Shown: positions 11,800 through 24,057 of the stretch, piece by piece
Layout of the letters: every line of letters starts with the position of its first letter
Position numbering within the stretch: position 1 is the first letter of the stretch
Assembly (NCBI RefSeq): GCF_000315625.1
Contig: NW_005434594.1
Location: forward strand, 56,482 to 120,481
Origin: Guillardia theta CCMP2712
Taxonomy: Eukaryota > Protista > Cryptophyta
Reading direction: 5' to 3'
Length of the DNA stretch: 64,000 nucleotides
Position numbers and translations under genes: made by a program
The notes under the pieces: model-generated
What the model was told of the DNA's origin: nothing
Seen by the model: only the letters and a program-made list of their open reading frames with translations
Databases searched by the model: none

Positions 11800-14319
11800 C
11801 ACTGCATGCAGACGTTCGATGTTCCTGCCCTCTCGCTCCTCTTTCCTCCTCCTCCTCCTCCTCCTCCTCCTCCTCCTCCTCCTCCTCCCTCCATTTCTCC
11901 TCCAACCGCTCTGCTCCTCTCCTCATCTGCCGCGGGACGAGGCGACCAGCGCACAGCAGTCCCTGCGAGCAAAGCAGCGAATCTCGCCGTGACAAACGCC
12001 TCCTGCTCCCCCTCCTGATAGCCAGAAGCTGAAAAACGATCAGTAACCTTTCCCTCCACCTTCCTCCTGCACTCCCTCCCTCCTCCCTCCGTCCTCCCTC
12101 CCTCCTCTCCCCCCTCCTTCCCACCTCTCCCTCCTCCCTCCTCCCTCCCTCCTTCTGTCCCTCCTCGCTCACCCGAATCCTGACTCGTCAGACATGTCGC
12201 ATCTTGGGAGGAGACACCCGGCGACCTGGAGAAGAATCAAAGGAAGGGGACGGGGGGAGAAAGAAGGAGGACGGGGAAGGTATGGGGGGGGAGGGAGAGG
12301 GTAGCAACGTACATNNNNNNNNNNNNNNNNNNNNNNNNNNNNNNNNNNNNNNNNNNNNNNNNNNNNNNNNNNNNNNNNNNNNNNNNNNNNNNNNNNNNNN
12401 NNNNNNNNNNNNNNNNNNNNNNNNNNNNNNNNNNNNNNNNNNNNNNNNNNNNNNNNNNNNNNNNNNNNNNNNNNNNNNNNNNNNNNNNNNNNNNNNNNNN
12501 NNNNNNNNNNNNNNNNNNNNNNNNNNNNNNNNNNNNNNNNNNNNNNNNNNNNNNNNNNNNNNNNNNNNTTCCCTCCCTCCCTCCCTCCCTCCCTCCCTCC
12601 CTCCCTTTCTCCTCCCTCCCTCCCTCCCTCCCTCCCTAACGCCACATCGTTCTCCCCCACCTTGCGAAGACGTTTCGGGACGGATCTTGGCAAGCAGGAG
12701 AGGTTGCAGAGGTCGGAGGTAAGACCTTCCTCGCTGCCCTCGACCTCCGTCCTCCCCCTCTCCTCCTCCACTTGGCCCTCGAGCATCTTCCTCGCTCTCT
12801 GGATCAGGAGGGAGGGAGAAACAACACGGACGAGAATCTGTCGAAGATAATCCTGCGACAAAGAGGACGGAGAAAACCTCGTAAGAAGAAGGAGAACGAG
12901 TGAAAAGTCTTGCCTTGGAGTTGTCCCGCTCGTCTTTCTTAAACGAAAAGTTCTTGATGACAGCAATCTTGTTATACATGTACCTTGATGACTGTGAGAT
13001 GGAAACGTAACAGAAACGCATTGAACACAAACCTCGCATGCGTCTCATTCTTTCCTCCGAAGAAATGAAGAGCTTCTTGAAAAAACGCTCTTCCATCCAT
13101 GTTTGACTTCCTGCTCGCCATTCTCTGTGGATGGATCAAAATAGGATGATGGTGATGGTGATGGTGATGGTGGTTGTGATGATGGTAGTGGTGGCGGTTG
13201 TTGATGATGATGATGATGATGATGTTGTTGTTGTTGTTGATGATGATGATGATGATGACGACGACGACGATGATTGCAATGATGATGGCAATGATGATGG
13301 CAATGATGATGATGATGATGATGATGATGACGATGACGATGATGACGTCAGCGGCACTGGTGGTACAAGTATCCATGACAAATGTTGTGATCAAAGTTCG
13401 ACAATGAAGGAAATGAGAGAAGAGGGCAAACACAAGGTTGTGGTAGGATTGGTATTGCGGTCACCAGGAACTTTTGCCTTGTTGTCTTGTAGCCCATGTT
13501 TGTATAATGCAAGATGTAAGGGCCCTCGAACACAGCCAAGTTGTTCGTTGAGTTACTGACAGCCCCAAACCTGCAGAGAGGAGAGGAGAGGAGAGGAGAG
13601 GAGAGGAGAGGAGAGGAGAGGAGAGGAGAGGAGAAAGGAGGGGAGGGAAGCGAGGAGGGAGGGGGAGGGGAGAGCAGAGCAAGTGAGAAGCAGGAAACAA
13701 CAGCGAACTACTTTGTGCCTAACCTCGCAAATAGAGTAACGTCCCTGGCCGTCACTCCCTCAATCGGTCGGACAGCAGCTTTACCAACCTGAGAGACGCG
13801 TGAGAGGAGTAAAGGGGAAGAGGAGGCAGAAGGAGGAGGAGTGAAGGAGAAAGAACACAAGGAAGGGGAGGAGCGGCAAGAAAGTAGGAATGGAAGCAAG
13901 GAAAGGGGCAGGGAGAAAAGGGACAAAGGGCAAAGAGGAGAGAGGGAGAGAACAAGGTAAGAGGAGATTGGAAAAATAAAGAGGAAGAGTGAGGGGAGAA
14001 AAGGACGCATGCAATGGACAGGGAAGGAGGGGGCGTTGTTGGTGGTGTTGGTGGGAGGGGGCGAGGAGGAGGAGAAAGAGGAGGAGAAGGAGAAGGAGGG
14101 GGGGAGGGGGGAAGTTTATACCGAGTAGCCCATGAAGTGATAATCATGGAACTGCTTGTATGTCCTGATCAGCTTTCTCGCCTCATCATGCTCGTAGACG
14201 TGAGGGTTCCGCTTGAAGAGCGTTACGCTCTCAAAGAATGGCTCCGACGGCTCCTCCTCCTCCGCCATCGCCTCCATGTTGAGGTATACCGCCTGCCAGG
14301 ATAGCTCAGGATACACGCT

Positions 14320-14375
<56 letters not shown>

Positions 14376-16256
14376 TCCGCTGCTGCATCTGCAACTCCTT
14401 CCTCCCTCTCATCGTCTCCAACTCCCAGCAGACCTCCAGCAGACCTGGTAGATGTTCTTCTTCGAGCTGAGCATTTCAAAGTGAGGCCTCGCATCCAGCG
14501 CCGGGGTGAAGAAAAGTTCGTCCCCGTCAATGTGCAGGAGCCAAGAGATTTTCTTCTTCCTCGCTATCCCCACCGCTACCTCCGCGTTCAAGATTTGACG
14601 GGCCATCTGGTCGTCCAACTTTTGTCTGTATTCGGCAAATATAGTCAGGCTCTCCCACTCTTTTCTCAGCCTCTCATCGTGTCTTGTGATCAAAACTTCG
14701 CCCCAAACTGCTTCGCCACCATCTCAGAGGTGGCAGCGGACAGATCGTCCGACGGGTCGTCAAGGAACAGTAGGACGAGTGAGAAGCCGATGCTAAAATG
14801 GTAGGATAGCCACGACTGCAGTACATCCTTGGAAGGGTTCTTCATCGTAGAGCATATGGCAAGGACGAGGTCATCTTCAGATGTACCGGCTGGTAAACAA
14901 TCAGGACAGGCAGGTACACCAATCACACATCTCACCTGATTCCTTGGACTGAACATCCTGCGCCTCCTGCTCGTCTTTCATTGCACCATTCTGCTTGGAA
15001 CTGCTCCCTTCTCCTCCTGCTGCTCTTCCTCTTCCTCTTTCGCGTCCTCCACTTCCTCCTCCTCCTCCACTTCCTCCTCCTCCTCCTTCTCTTCCCGCCT
15101 CCTCCTCCAGCCTCTTGATCTCGTCTCGCAGTCGAGCCGCCTCCTCGTATCTTCTCCCCGCCACCGCCTCCTCCTTAGCCTGCCGCAGCTCCTCCAGCTT
15201 CTCCTGCACCTCCCTCATCGCCTCTCGACTTGTCTGACCCTGTTGCTCGGCGACTTTGCCTGCGTCTTCTGCTCCCTTCCCTTTGCTGCCACTACCCAGA
15301 GCTCCACCGTTCATCTCTGCTCCTGCAGCTGCAGCTCCTCCTCCTCCTCCTCTGCCTCTCCGCGCCAGGATGTCTTCCAGCCTCTTGATCTCGTCTCGAA
15401 GTCGAGCCGCCTCCTCGTATCTTCTCCCCGCCACCGCCTCCTCCTTCTCCCGCTGTAACTCCTCCAGCTTCATTTGTTCGACCTCTGGAATGCGCCCTCC
15501 CTCAACTCTTGTTCCTCCTGACTTCAGTGCGTGTGCTTTTCCTGCTCCTCCTCTATCATTATCTCCTTCTCCACTTCTTCCTCCTCCTCCTCCTTCTCTT
15601 CCCGCCTCCTCCTCCAGCCTCTTGATCTCGTCTCGCAGTCGAGCCGCCTCCTCGTATCTTCTCCCCGCCACCGGCTCCTCCTTAGCCTGCCGCAGCTCCT
15701 CCAGCTTCTCCTGCACCTCCCTCGTCGCCTCTCGACTTGTCTGACCCTGTTGCTCGGCGACTTTGCCTGCGTCTTCTGCTCCCTTCCCTTCTCCTCCGCT
15801 ACGTCTTCCTCCATCATGTCCTCCGAACATTCCTCCTCCTCCTCCTCCTCTGCCTCTCCGCGCCAGGATGTCTTCCAGCCTCTTGATCTCGTCTCGAAGT
15901 CGAGCCGCCTCCTCGTATCTTCTCCCCGCCACCGCCTCCTCCTTCTCCCGCTGCAGCTGGACCAACGTGGGTTCCTCATTCTCATCCTCCCTCGCCTCTG
16001 CCTGTTGCACTTCAAGATCTCCTTGTAGCTGCCGTTTCACCTGCCATGTCTCCATCATCTACCTCGTCACATCTTGACGTCTCGTCGGACTTTGTCAACC
16101 TCCTACCTGATCATCGTGCCCTGCGCCAAAGCTCTTGCACGTCTCGCCATCGCATGCTCGCCCGTGGTCTCCGTCAAGGTCTCCTCCTCGCGCGCCTGTC
16201 GTGCCGCTGAAGAGCACGACGCTGGCGAGGAGGAGGAGGCACAGCAGGCGGCCCAT
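11800..16256 (-). CDS. Signal-peptide protein with four UVR (UvrB/UvrC coiled-coil) motifs followed by a KOBITO1/ELD1-like GT-A glycosyltransferase domain; multi-exon, spans a gap
   Basis: ATG 16256 MGRLLCLLLLASVVLFSG. Four copies of the type LEELQREKEEAVAGRRYEEAARLRDEIKRLE. Then AICSTMKN...LQSWLSYHFSIGFSLVLLFLDDPSD, RQILNAEVA...WLLHIDGDELFF (DxD), YLNMEAMAE..EPFFESVTLFKRN, FMGYS|GKAAVR, YILHYTN. 3' end approximate. Confidence 0.78.
12315..12568. other. Assembly gap (N run)
   Basis: Run of N flanked by low-complexity sequence. Confidence 1.
13147..13346. repeat. (GAT/GAC/GTT)n trinucleotide microsatellite, intronic
   Basis: Directly visible. Similar arrays at 25785-25920 and 50560-50732. 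Confidence 0.95.
15075..15960 (-). repeat. Coding tandem duplication (~500-bp period), each unit holding two UVR motifs
   Basis: cagcctcttgatctcgtctcg(c/a)agtcgagccgcctcctcgtatcttctccccgccaccg occurs near 15107, 15378, 15615 and 15876. The GKVAEQQGQTSREA segment occurs twice. Confidence 0.95.
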
Positions 16257-16779
16257 GTCAAGACCTGAAAACTCACAGGTGAGCTGTCGGGATCAGAGAG
16301 TCAGGGCATGTCCGATGATCTGAGCATGTGCGAAGCGATGAACACTCTGCCGCGGCATCACTGTGCCATGGAAAGTGCAAAGGAAGGAGTGAGGACGTCG
16401 CAGCGATATCGTGAGAGGGATAAGGAGGAGAACGCAAGAACCATGCGGAAGCTGGAGGGGAATTATCAGGGGAGTCAGAATGGTCACATGGCAAAGAAGC
16501 AAAGGAAGACTCTATCGGTAGGAGCGTGGGATAGAGAAGGAGAGGAGAGAAGAGAGGGAGCGGGAGAGACAGAAGGAGAGGGAGAGGGAGAGGGAGAGGG
16601 AGATGCGGAGGTGGAGGTGGAGGTGGAGGTGGAGGTGGAGGTGGAGGTGGAGGTGGAGGGAGGAGGGGGAAGGGAGGAGGGAGGAGGCAGAAGGAGAGGA
16701 GGGGAGAGGAGGAGGCAGGAGGAGAAGGGAAGAGGACTCCGAAGCCTGATGATTGCGGCACCGACATCATTTTAGTGAT

Positions 16780-17560
16780 TTTGTCACCGCCAACTCGCCT
16801 CTGGGGCTCAGTGGCACCGTGCAGTGCCGGGCGGCCGGCTGAGGCCCCGGCCCGGGCCGGCGGGCCCGCCGCCGAGTGCCGCGCGGTACCGTACGGTCGG
16901 TCTCCGAGGCTCGGCCCGGGCCCGCCACCGGTGGGCTGTAACGGTCGGACTCGCCGAGTCGCTGACAGTGACGAGACTCGGGGCCCCGGGACCGTGACGG
17001 TCCCGCCGGTCCCGGACGGTCCCGGCGGACTCCGCCGCGGCGCCCTCCGGGGGCCGCCCGGCGTGAGTGCCGGCGGCGGCGACTCAGCGACTGAGTTTGC
17101 CGCGCCGTGACTGGCGGTCACGGCGTGTCGGACTGTCCGACCGTCAGACGAGTAGACTGAGAGGAGGTGACGGTTGCGGCTCAGCACACTGAGCGCTTCA
17201 GGCTTCCTGTGCCGGTCACAATCAGTGGTGGCTGGCGGAGTGGCTCGCCGCCGCAAAGACTCGAAGGAAACGGCAGCGCTGGATGGTCTCTCGGCCTCGC
17301 AAGACGTCTCAGGTGATCCGATGGCTGACTGACTCGTAAACGCATCCGGTCCACGAAAGATCAATGATCCTAGCACGGCAGTGTCAGGATCTTTCGTCAG
17401 CTCAAGGTCTCCCTGTCAGTGCGTCTCACTCCTTCGTCGGCAGCCACTGGCAGCGACATCGCTGGCCGGGCATGGCGCGGGGTCGGCTGCCGGCGACCGC
17501 ATCGCGCGGACAGTCAATCGGACTACCGTACGGTCACTGCCGCGCGGCCGTGCAGTGAGC
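16780..17560. promoter_or_regulatory. GC-rich palindrome-rich intergenic island upstream of the glycosyltransferase-like gene
   Basis: Very high GC; CCGG/GGCC, ACCGTACGGT and GACTCAG/CTGAGT words. ORFs over it are compositionally non-protein-like. Confidence 0.45.
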
Positions 17561-17588
17561 GGATATGAAGTGAGGCTAATTTCCTAGA

Positions 17589-18076
17589 TATGCAGAAGCT
17601 TCTCATCTCGTTACTGAGCCGAATACAGCCTCGCCGCTCGTTTGCCCGCCTCTCCTCCTCGTCGTTGAGAGGTCCAACTCGATCAGGGAGAAAGAGGTAT
17701 AGGAGAGGCAATGACCCTTGAAGAATCTTGTTGTTTATAATAATGCTCCTCATGATAATGTAACTCTCCACCAACTCTCCTCCTTGCTCCCGCTCCTACT
17801 GTACACATTTCACCTCTCCTCATCAGAGCTCCAGTACGTCGCCGCATGCGCCAATTATTATCCTGTGCTCCCGGATCATGGCAATGCTTGCCTGCAGGGC
17901 TTCGAGCTGCTTGGCGCGAGGAGGGTTCAGAGAGTATGGAGCAAGAGGAGGGGGTGAGCGAGAGAAGGCGGACTCGGAGGACGGGGCCGAGGAAGAGGGG
18001 GAGCTTATGGAGACAGCGGGAGGATGGGAATGAGGAGAGAGGGAAGAGGGGTGGGAGTGTGTATCAGGAGTCATAG
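17589..18076 (+). CDS. Possible small hypothetical gene (basic, Ser-rich N-terminus)
   Basis: MQKLLISLLSRIQPRRSFARLSSSSLRG, then a plausible GT..polypyrimidine-CAG intron (~17696-17827) into ORF 17846-18076. No recognisable domain. Confidence 0.25.
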
Positions 18077-19052
18077 CCAGCAGGGGCAGGGCGGGGCAGG
18101 CGGGGCTTGTCTATGAGGAGGAGGTGGAGAAGGAGAAAGAGGAGGAGGAGGAGGAGGAGGAGGAGAAGGAGAAGGAGGAGGAGGAGGAGGAGGAGGAGGA
18201 GGAGGAGAAGGAGGAGGAGGAGGAGGAGGAGAAGGAGGAGGAGAAGGAGGTGCAGGAGGAGGAGAAGGAGGAGCAGGAGGAGGAGGTGCAGGGAGGATAT
18301 CCCGGAGGGGAGTCACTGAGTTCTGGTCACGAGGGAGTCCCCCAAATGGCATCCTTATGTGCTGCCCCAATCCGTCCTCCGACAAGAGACTATGATAAGT
18401 ACTAGTAATCAATTTCTGCCCTGCGAATTGGGGAGAAGTTTTTGCTAGGGCAAATCGAATTTGCATCTGTTGACATTTAGATATTCTCGGCTGCTGACCG
18501 GCACATGCACGGTCACGGTGTCACATGGTCAGCAATTCAGTTTATCTCCCTGGCGTTGTCTTTACTACTGCAGTGCAGTTATTGTTCTCAAAAGCGGCTG
18601 TATCCTGATCGGACCCGGGAGCCTCGGAGCCCTCAGTTGACCCAATTCACGGAGCCTCACTGCCGCGGCGCGGCCCGCCGTGCCTCAGAGGCGGCGGACG
18701 GAGTCCCGGGAGCCTGAGAGTACCGGGAGTCAGTTCCGAAGTTCCCCGGAGGCTGAGTGACCGGAGTCCGGTGACTCGGACCGTGCGGTCCCGCTGCGGC
18801 GAGCCTAAGAGGGTGCGGCCCATCATGGCACTGCCGGCGGCATGATGATGCTCGGACTCCGAGTCCCGGGCGGAGGCCCTGTATTCGCGATAACCGTCCG
18901 ACAGTGACTGAAAGTTCTTTTTCAGTCAATAAACGAAAGTTTCAAAGTTTCATAGTTTCAAAGTTTGGTGTCCTGTGCGCTCCCCAGATTCTTTGTTCCA
19001 TGGCAGCCTGGAAATTAGTTGCCGTCCCCACCTCGCAACCTCTGCCCCCCCC

Positions 19053-19214
19053 NNNNNNNNNNNNNNNNNNNNNNNNNNNNNNNNNNNNNNNNNNNNNNNN
19101 NNNNNNNNNNNNNNNNNNNNNNNNNNNNNNNNNNNNNNNNNNNNNNNNNNNNNNNNNNNNNNNNNNNNNNNNNNNNNNNNNNNNNNNNNNNNNNNNNNNN
19201 NNNNNNNNNNNNNN
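19053..19214. other. Assembly gap (N run)
   Basis: Run of N. Confidence 1.
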
Positions 19215-19822
19215 CCCCCTTCCCCTCTTGTCTTTTCTTCCACTTCTTCCTTCACTCCACCTCTCCCCTGCCCCCTTTCTGTGTCCTCTTTCAGATCACT
19301 TTCACCTCCTGCCTCCCTCCACCAAGCTGCCTTCTCCCCTTCTCCTTTCTTGCATTCCATGCCCGCATTGTTCCTAGAAACTTGTTCAATTTCCTCACCT
19401 TGCTCCTCGCTTCTTCCACCCCTTGCCTCCCTTCTCCCTACCCGCCCCCCCTCCCATCCCCTCTCGCTCTACTCCCTCCTCCCTTCTCCACGTTTTTCCT
19501 CTTTCCTCTGTACTCCCGTCTTTTTCTCTCTTTCCTATCTGCCTCTTCTCCTTTTTTGGTTCTTATAGTCTTTCCAAACTTTCCACTCTGATAGACGTTC
19601 AGATCCTCCTATCTTTGATACATTGCCATACACTCTTTCAAATCCTCCTTCTATCTTTGACATGGTTCTCTTGTAACTTTAACATTATTCTCCCTTCATT
19701 GTTCCTTTGCTACTTTTCTATTCCAACATGACAACAAGCCAGTCCTCCATTGGGACCTTTACTTCTCCTTGAAGGCAGGGAATACTTGTAGTTTGACGCT
19801 TTGAACAGTTCCCCTCCGACCC

Positions 19823-22675
19823 ATGTTGGGTTCTCTCCGAGAACTCAACCATAATGTAAGATCACCAGCAACAATTCTATCATCAGTTGCAACTACCTGC
19901 CTTGTTCCCTAGTGACTGGCTCAATCTTGGCAGGTTCGAACACGCTTCATCTACGACTTCTTCATCTACACTTCGAGCGGGATGTGGGGCAACGCGATGC
20001 TGTCGGTGTACCTCCTCAAGTTGACCAACAGCACCAAGAGAGTTGGGTTCGCCGAAGGAGCTCAGGGCGTCTGCATGGCAATCTCGGCGCTCCCCGCTGG
20101 ATACCTTGCTGACAAGTTCGGGAGGTCGAGGTGGGGAAGAGCTGAAGCTGTGTAGCAGTCGATGACTTCATCTACACGGCAGGTTGTTGAAAGTAGCTGT
20201 GGTAGTCGGGCTGCTCGCGCTGACGACAGGACAAGCTGCGATCTGGTTCTGCCAGAGCGATTCCAGCAGCTACATTTCGATGCTCGTCTCGTTGTGTCTT
20301 TGGGGAACTTTCACCGGCATTTCCAACCCGGCGCTAGAGGCTCTCTTCGCCGACTCAGTGGAGTCAGGACGGCGATCGTCGCTCTACACGTGGAAGGCGA
20401 CTTTCGTGTCGTTGGCGAACGCGACGGGCCCAACCTTGAACGTAGCGCTGTTCCTGTCCATCGGCAACTCGTGGACCATTGCGATCATAAGACCGATCTT
20501 GTCGGCGGGGATGATGGTAGCGCTCGTTCCTATATTCCTCCTCTGCTTCTTCTCGGACAGGAAGGCGCTGGATGCTTCGAGTGAAGGGCATGCGGGCCGA
20601 GCTGGCAACCGACTTAAGTTGTCTCCCTCCCAGATGTTTGTGATGATGTTGTCTGTGAGTTGTGAAAGCGCGTTATTTGATGGTTTGTTCTTGATCTACT
20701 GTCATCTGTGTTGCTGTAGGAATGGTTTGCTGGTGTTCTTTATGAGAGAGTATTTTCCATGGCTCCTTGTCAAACTTTGCCTCTTGTTCTCTTTTTTGCA
20801 GAAGTTGATGAGCGTCTATCATATTGTGTTTGACTCTCACGTTCCATGTTGTTGTAAAACCGCGTCGTTGTCTTGTCGCACACAATCTCCTGCTTTCTTC
20901 TCGTGCTTATCTTTCTTGCAGCGGGTGCCGCAAGTCGGATCTAGAAGATGTAGTAGAAGACGGAGACAGTCAGGAAGAAAGCAAAGAAACAGACAAGCTC
21001 CTCGGCAACGGAAGGGAGGACGAAGTGTCTCAACAAAGTGAACAACATCAGAACGGAGATTGTGATGACGACGACGACGATGACAATGCAAGGAAAATGA
21101 GGCAGAAAAAGTTTTGGATCCCTGCGATTCTGATATGCAGTGACATCATAGCGGCTCTGGCCTCTGTAAGTTTCTGAACATGGCTGCGATCGCAATGCTG
21201 TCCGAGCATAATGATCGTTTGCAGGGGATGACCATCAAATTCTTTCCGCTGTTTTTTCAGAACGAAACAAACCTTGTACAACTTTCGCTACGACGACGCT
21301 CGACGTGATGACAATGGTGGCAGGAGCCTGTCTTTGTCAACGTCATCTACATTGCGAGCCCTCTCATGCTGTCTTTGTTTGCGGTGCTTTCATTCATTCC
21401 CGCTGCTACATCTATCTGAGAGTTTCTGATGTTTTGATGGCAGATTGTAGCACAGAGAGTGTCTTTGAAGATCGGAAGAATGCAAGTTTGCCTCATGTTC
21501 AAGATCTTTGGGATTCTTCTTCTTTGTTTGATGGGGCTCGAAAATGCGTGGTGGAAGACGGTATGAACGATGACAATGCAGACTAAAGAGATGATTGGAA
21601 CGATGGTGATGATGGAGATGGAGATGATGCAGAACGTTTTAGTGTGTTGATGATTACGTAGAGGGCGTTTACATTTCACATCTGGGAGTATTTCACTTCT
21701 TGACGAAGTCTCTCAGGCTATCATCATCGTCCCGATTTTCATCATCCGAACAGCTTTCATGAACTCAACAGCGCAGGCACTATCTTTTCCTTCTCGTGCT
21801 TCTTCTTGCAAGCTGACATGTTATTCTCAAAGCTTCTCAAGTCTGTGACATTTGACTTCGTCACGAAAGCGGACCGAGCGAAATGGGCTTCTCTAGACAG
21901 CATTTCTCGCTTTGGGTAACTTGATGCTTTCTGCATGATGGCCCTTTGATCGTGTGTGGACCAATCATTTGCTGTCAAGTCTTCTTCTCTTTCATCATAG
22001 CACAACATAACAGAGTTGTTGCTGACTGTCTGATCTTCCCATCTTTTCTGATGACATGACAAGCTGTCGCCCCTCTCCCCTGCCATCTCCTCCCTCCTCC
22101 TGCCATCATCGACATCGTCCCAGCTCTTGTCACTTCAACTTCACTTTCACCCCTCATCGACTTTGACGTGACTTGTTGCTGCCTGCAGGTGGAGCGGAAG
22201 CGCAGTGGTGGGCGGCATCCTGATAGACAAGTTCGGCTATGGCGAGACCTTCTTCCTGACCGCCGCCATGCAAGCATGCGGCGCCGTCCTCTACCTCCTC
22301 GTCATCCCGCTGGTACCAGTGAAGGAGGAGGAGCTGGTCCGGGGACACGATCAACACGCTGCAGACGGTGAGGAGATATGGCTCAACGATATTGATGCCT
22401 GTATGATGAACATGAGGGACAAGGTGTTCTTTGACGTTGCCATGTTTGCTTGTGAAAGATTTGGATATTCTCTTCCTCTTCATCCTCCTCTTCCTCCTCC
22501 TGCCCTTCCTTCGCTCTCTCGCTCACTCTCTGACCTCGCAGGTACTTCTCCTCCAGACACTCCTTCGTCTCTTCCCGCCATCCACAGCCAGCCCAAGGAG
22601 ATCCCACACAGGAGCAGGGACCATTTCGAAGACGTGGCGTTTCCTTCCTCCTTCTCCCCCTCCTTCTCTGCGTGA
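19823..22675 (+). CDS. Major facilitator superfamily transporter, multi-exon
   Basis: MLGSLRELNHN|VRTRFIYDFF...ALPAGYLADKFGRSR (MFS motif A). GISNPALEALFADSVESGRRS. Second-half motif VVGGILIDKFGYGETFFLTAAMQ. Many hydrophobic helices and an acidic central loop. Confidence 0.88.
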
Positions 22676-22699
22676 GCAGCCGGACTTCTTCCCTTCGTC

Positions 22700-23945
22700 A
22701 TGCCGACGGTGGCAGGTCAAAGTAGCTCACAGCGCCGAGATGGTCCGAGTACGGCCAGAGCCACCCTGGAATGTTGTCGTGAGGGGGCGGCGGAGGAAGG
22801 AGAGGAGGGAAATGGCATTCGAACAAGAAGGAAAGGAGATGGGGAAGGGTAGCAAGCAGCAGGTGTGCAAGCGGGGGCAGGTGCAGAAGGCAGGAGGAGG
22901 AGGAGGAGGAGGAAGATGAGGATGAGGATGAGGACGAGGATGAGGAGGAGCAAGAGGGGAACGCGGGTCATGAGGACGCAGGGCAAGAAGAAGGGAACGA
23001 AGCACAGGAAGCTGCTAAGGAGGGGAAAGGTACCTTCCAACGGGAGGGAGGAGTTGATAGAGCCTGTGCTGGGAAACTTACTGGGACCATGAAGCTTGCT
23101 TGCTCGATGGAAGCCCTGGACGGCAAATGACCGTTTCTTCCCTGTCAACTCTTCCTCCAGTTGGTGCTCCTGCTCCTCCTGCTCCTCCTGCTCCTCCTGC
23201 TCCTCCTGCTCCTTGAAGTGGAAACCTTTCTTCTCGTCGCACCTCCAGCAGCTGCATCTCGTCTTGACAACCAGCTCGCGGTCAATTTGCGGCCTTGACC
23301 TGCAGCAGAGGTGGAGCTGGTGCTCGTCAAGCAGGCGGCAGAAAGAGGCATGCGAGATCAGGCGGAGCCGCTGCTTGCGGCCGAGGAGAGGAGCCGAGAC
23401 GTTCTGCATAGAAAGGAAGGGGCTGCCAAGCTGCGGTACAAGTGAGAAACGGAGGAAGGGGAGGGTGGGAGGAAGAGGAGGATGAAGATCGGGTATGTAA
23501 GCACGGAGTGACATGAAGGTACGAAGAGAGCTGAAAGAGAGCAACACATGGAGGACAAGGATCGACTTGCAAGGGAGTCAGCGAGGATCAAACGAACACA
23601 GCGAGGAGAAGATTGAACATGCCAAGACGATGCGGGGAGCGAAGGAGCGGACCTGCTTGTGATCGACTTCTAGCTTGACATGATCGACAAGGTACTGTTG
23701 AAACATCGGCAGGGTGACCCGAGTCCACGTCCTGAAGTTCCAGATGTCTCTTATCGTCTTCTTGCTCACTTTGTAAGACTTGCCTGCAAGTTCCCGCAAG
23801 TTGCCCAGTCAAGGGCGGGGCGGTGCAGGAAAGGAGCCTTACTCAAGTCGAAGGTCGACACATTGGCGAAGTTTGGTCGGAGAAGGAAGATTTTCGCAAC
23901 TTGCTCCTCACTTAGTCGCGTTTTGGACCAACTCGACGATGCCAT
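22700..23945 (-). CDS. Helix-turn-helix protein of the 'LxEEQV..IF...VSxKTIRDIWxxRTW' type (putative transcription factor)
   Basis: ATG 23945. Removing a 59-nt GT-AG intron (23784-23842) gives KTRLSEEQVAKIFLLRPNFANVSTFDLSKSYKVSKKTIRDIWNFRTWTRVT. Later exons are low complexity; 3' end approximate. Confidence 0.7.
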
Positions 23946-24057
23946 CTGTTGTTTGCAACATGCAGTGAGTCGTGAAGCCAAGTCCTCCGATTATGAGGAG
24001 GAAATTCGTGCAGTCACAAGGAGAAAAAGGAGATAGGCAGAATGAGAAAGAAAAAGA

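Noticed and set aside
15075-15960. Regularly spaced repeats as a CRISPR array
   Set aside because: Repeats are in-frame coding UVR motifs in a eukaryotic gene; spacers are duplicated and there are no cas genes.
16273-17376. 367-aa minus-strand ORF
   Set aside because: Stop-free run through a GC island and a (GGAGGT)n repeat; P/G/R/A composition with no domain.
18107-18405. Poly-Arg / poly-Glu / poly-Pro ORFs
   Set aside because: Translations of a (GGA/GAA)n microsatellite. The same applies to ORFs at 12972-13559, 50398-50946 and 53076-53534.
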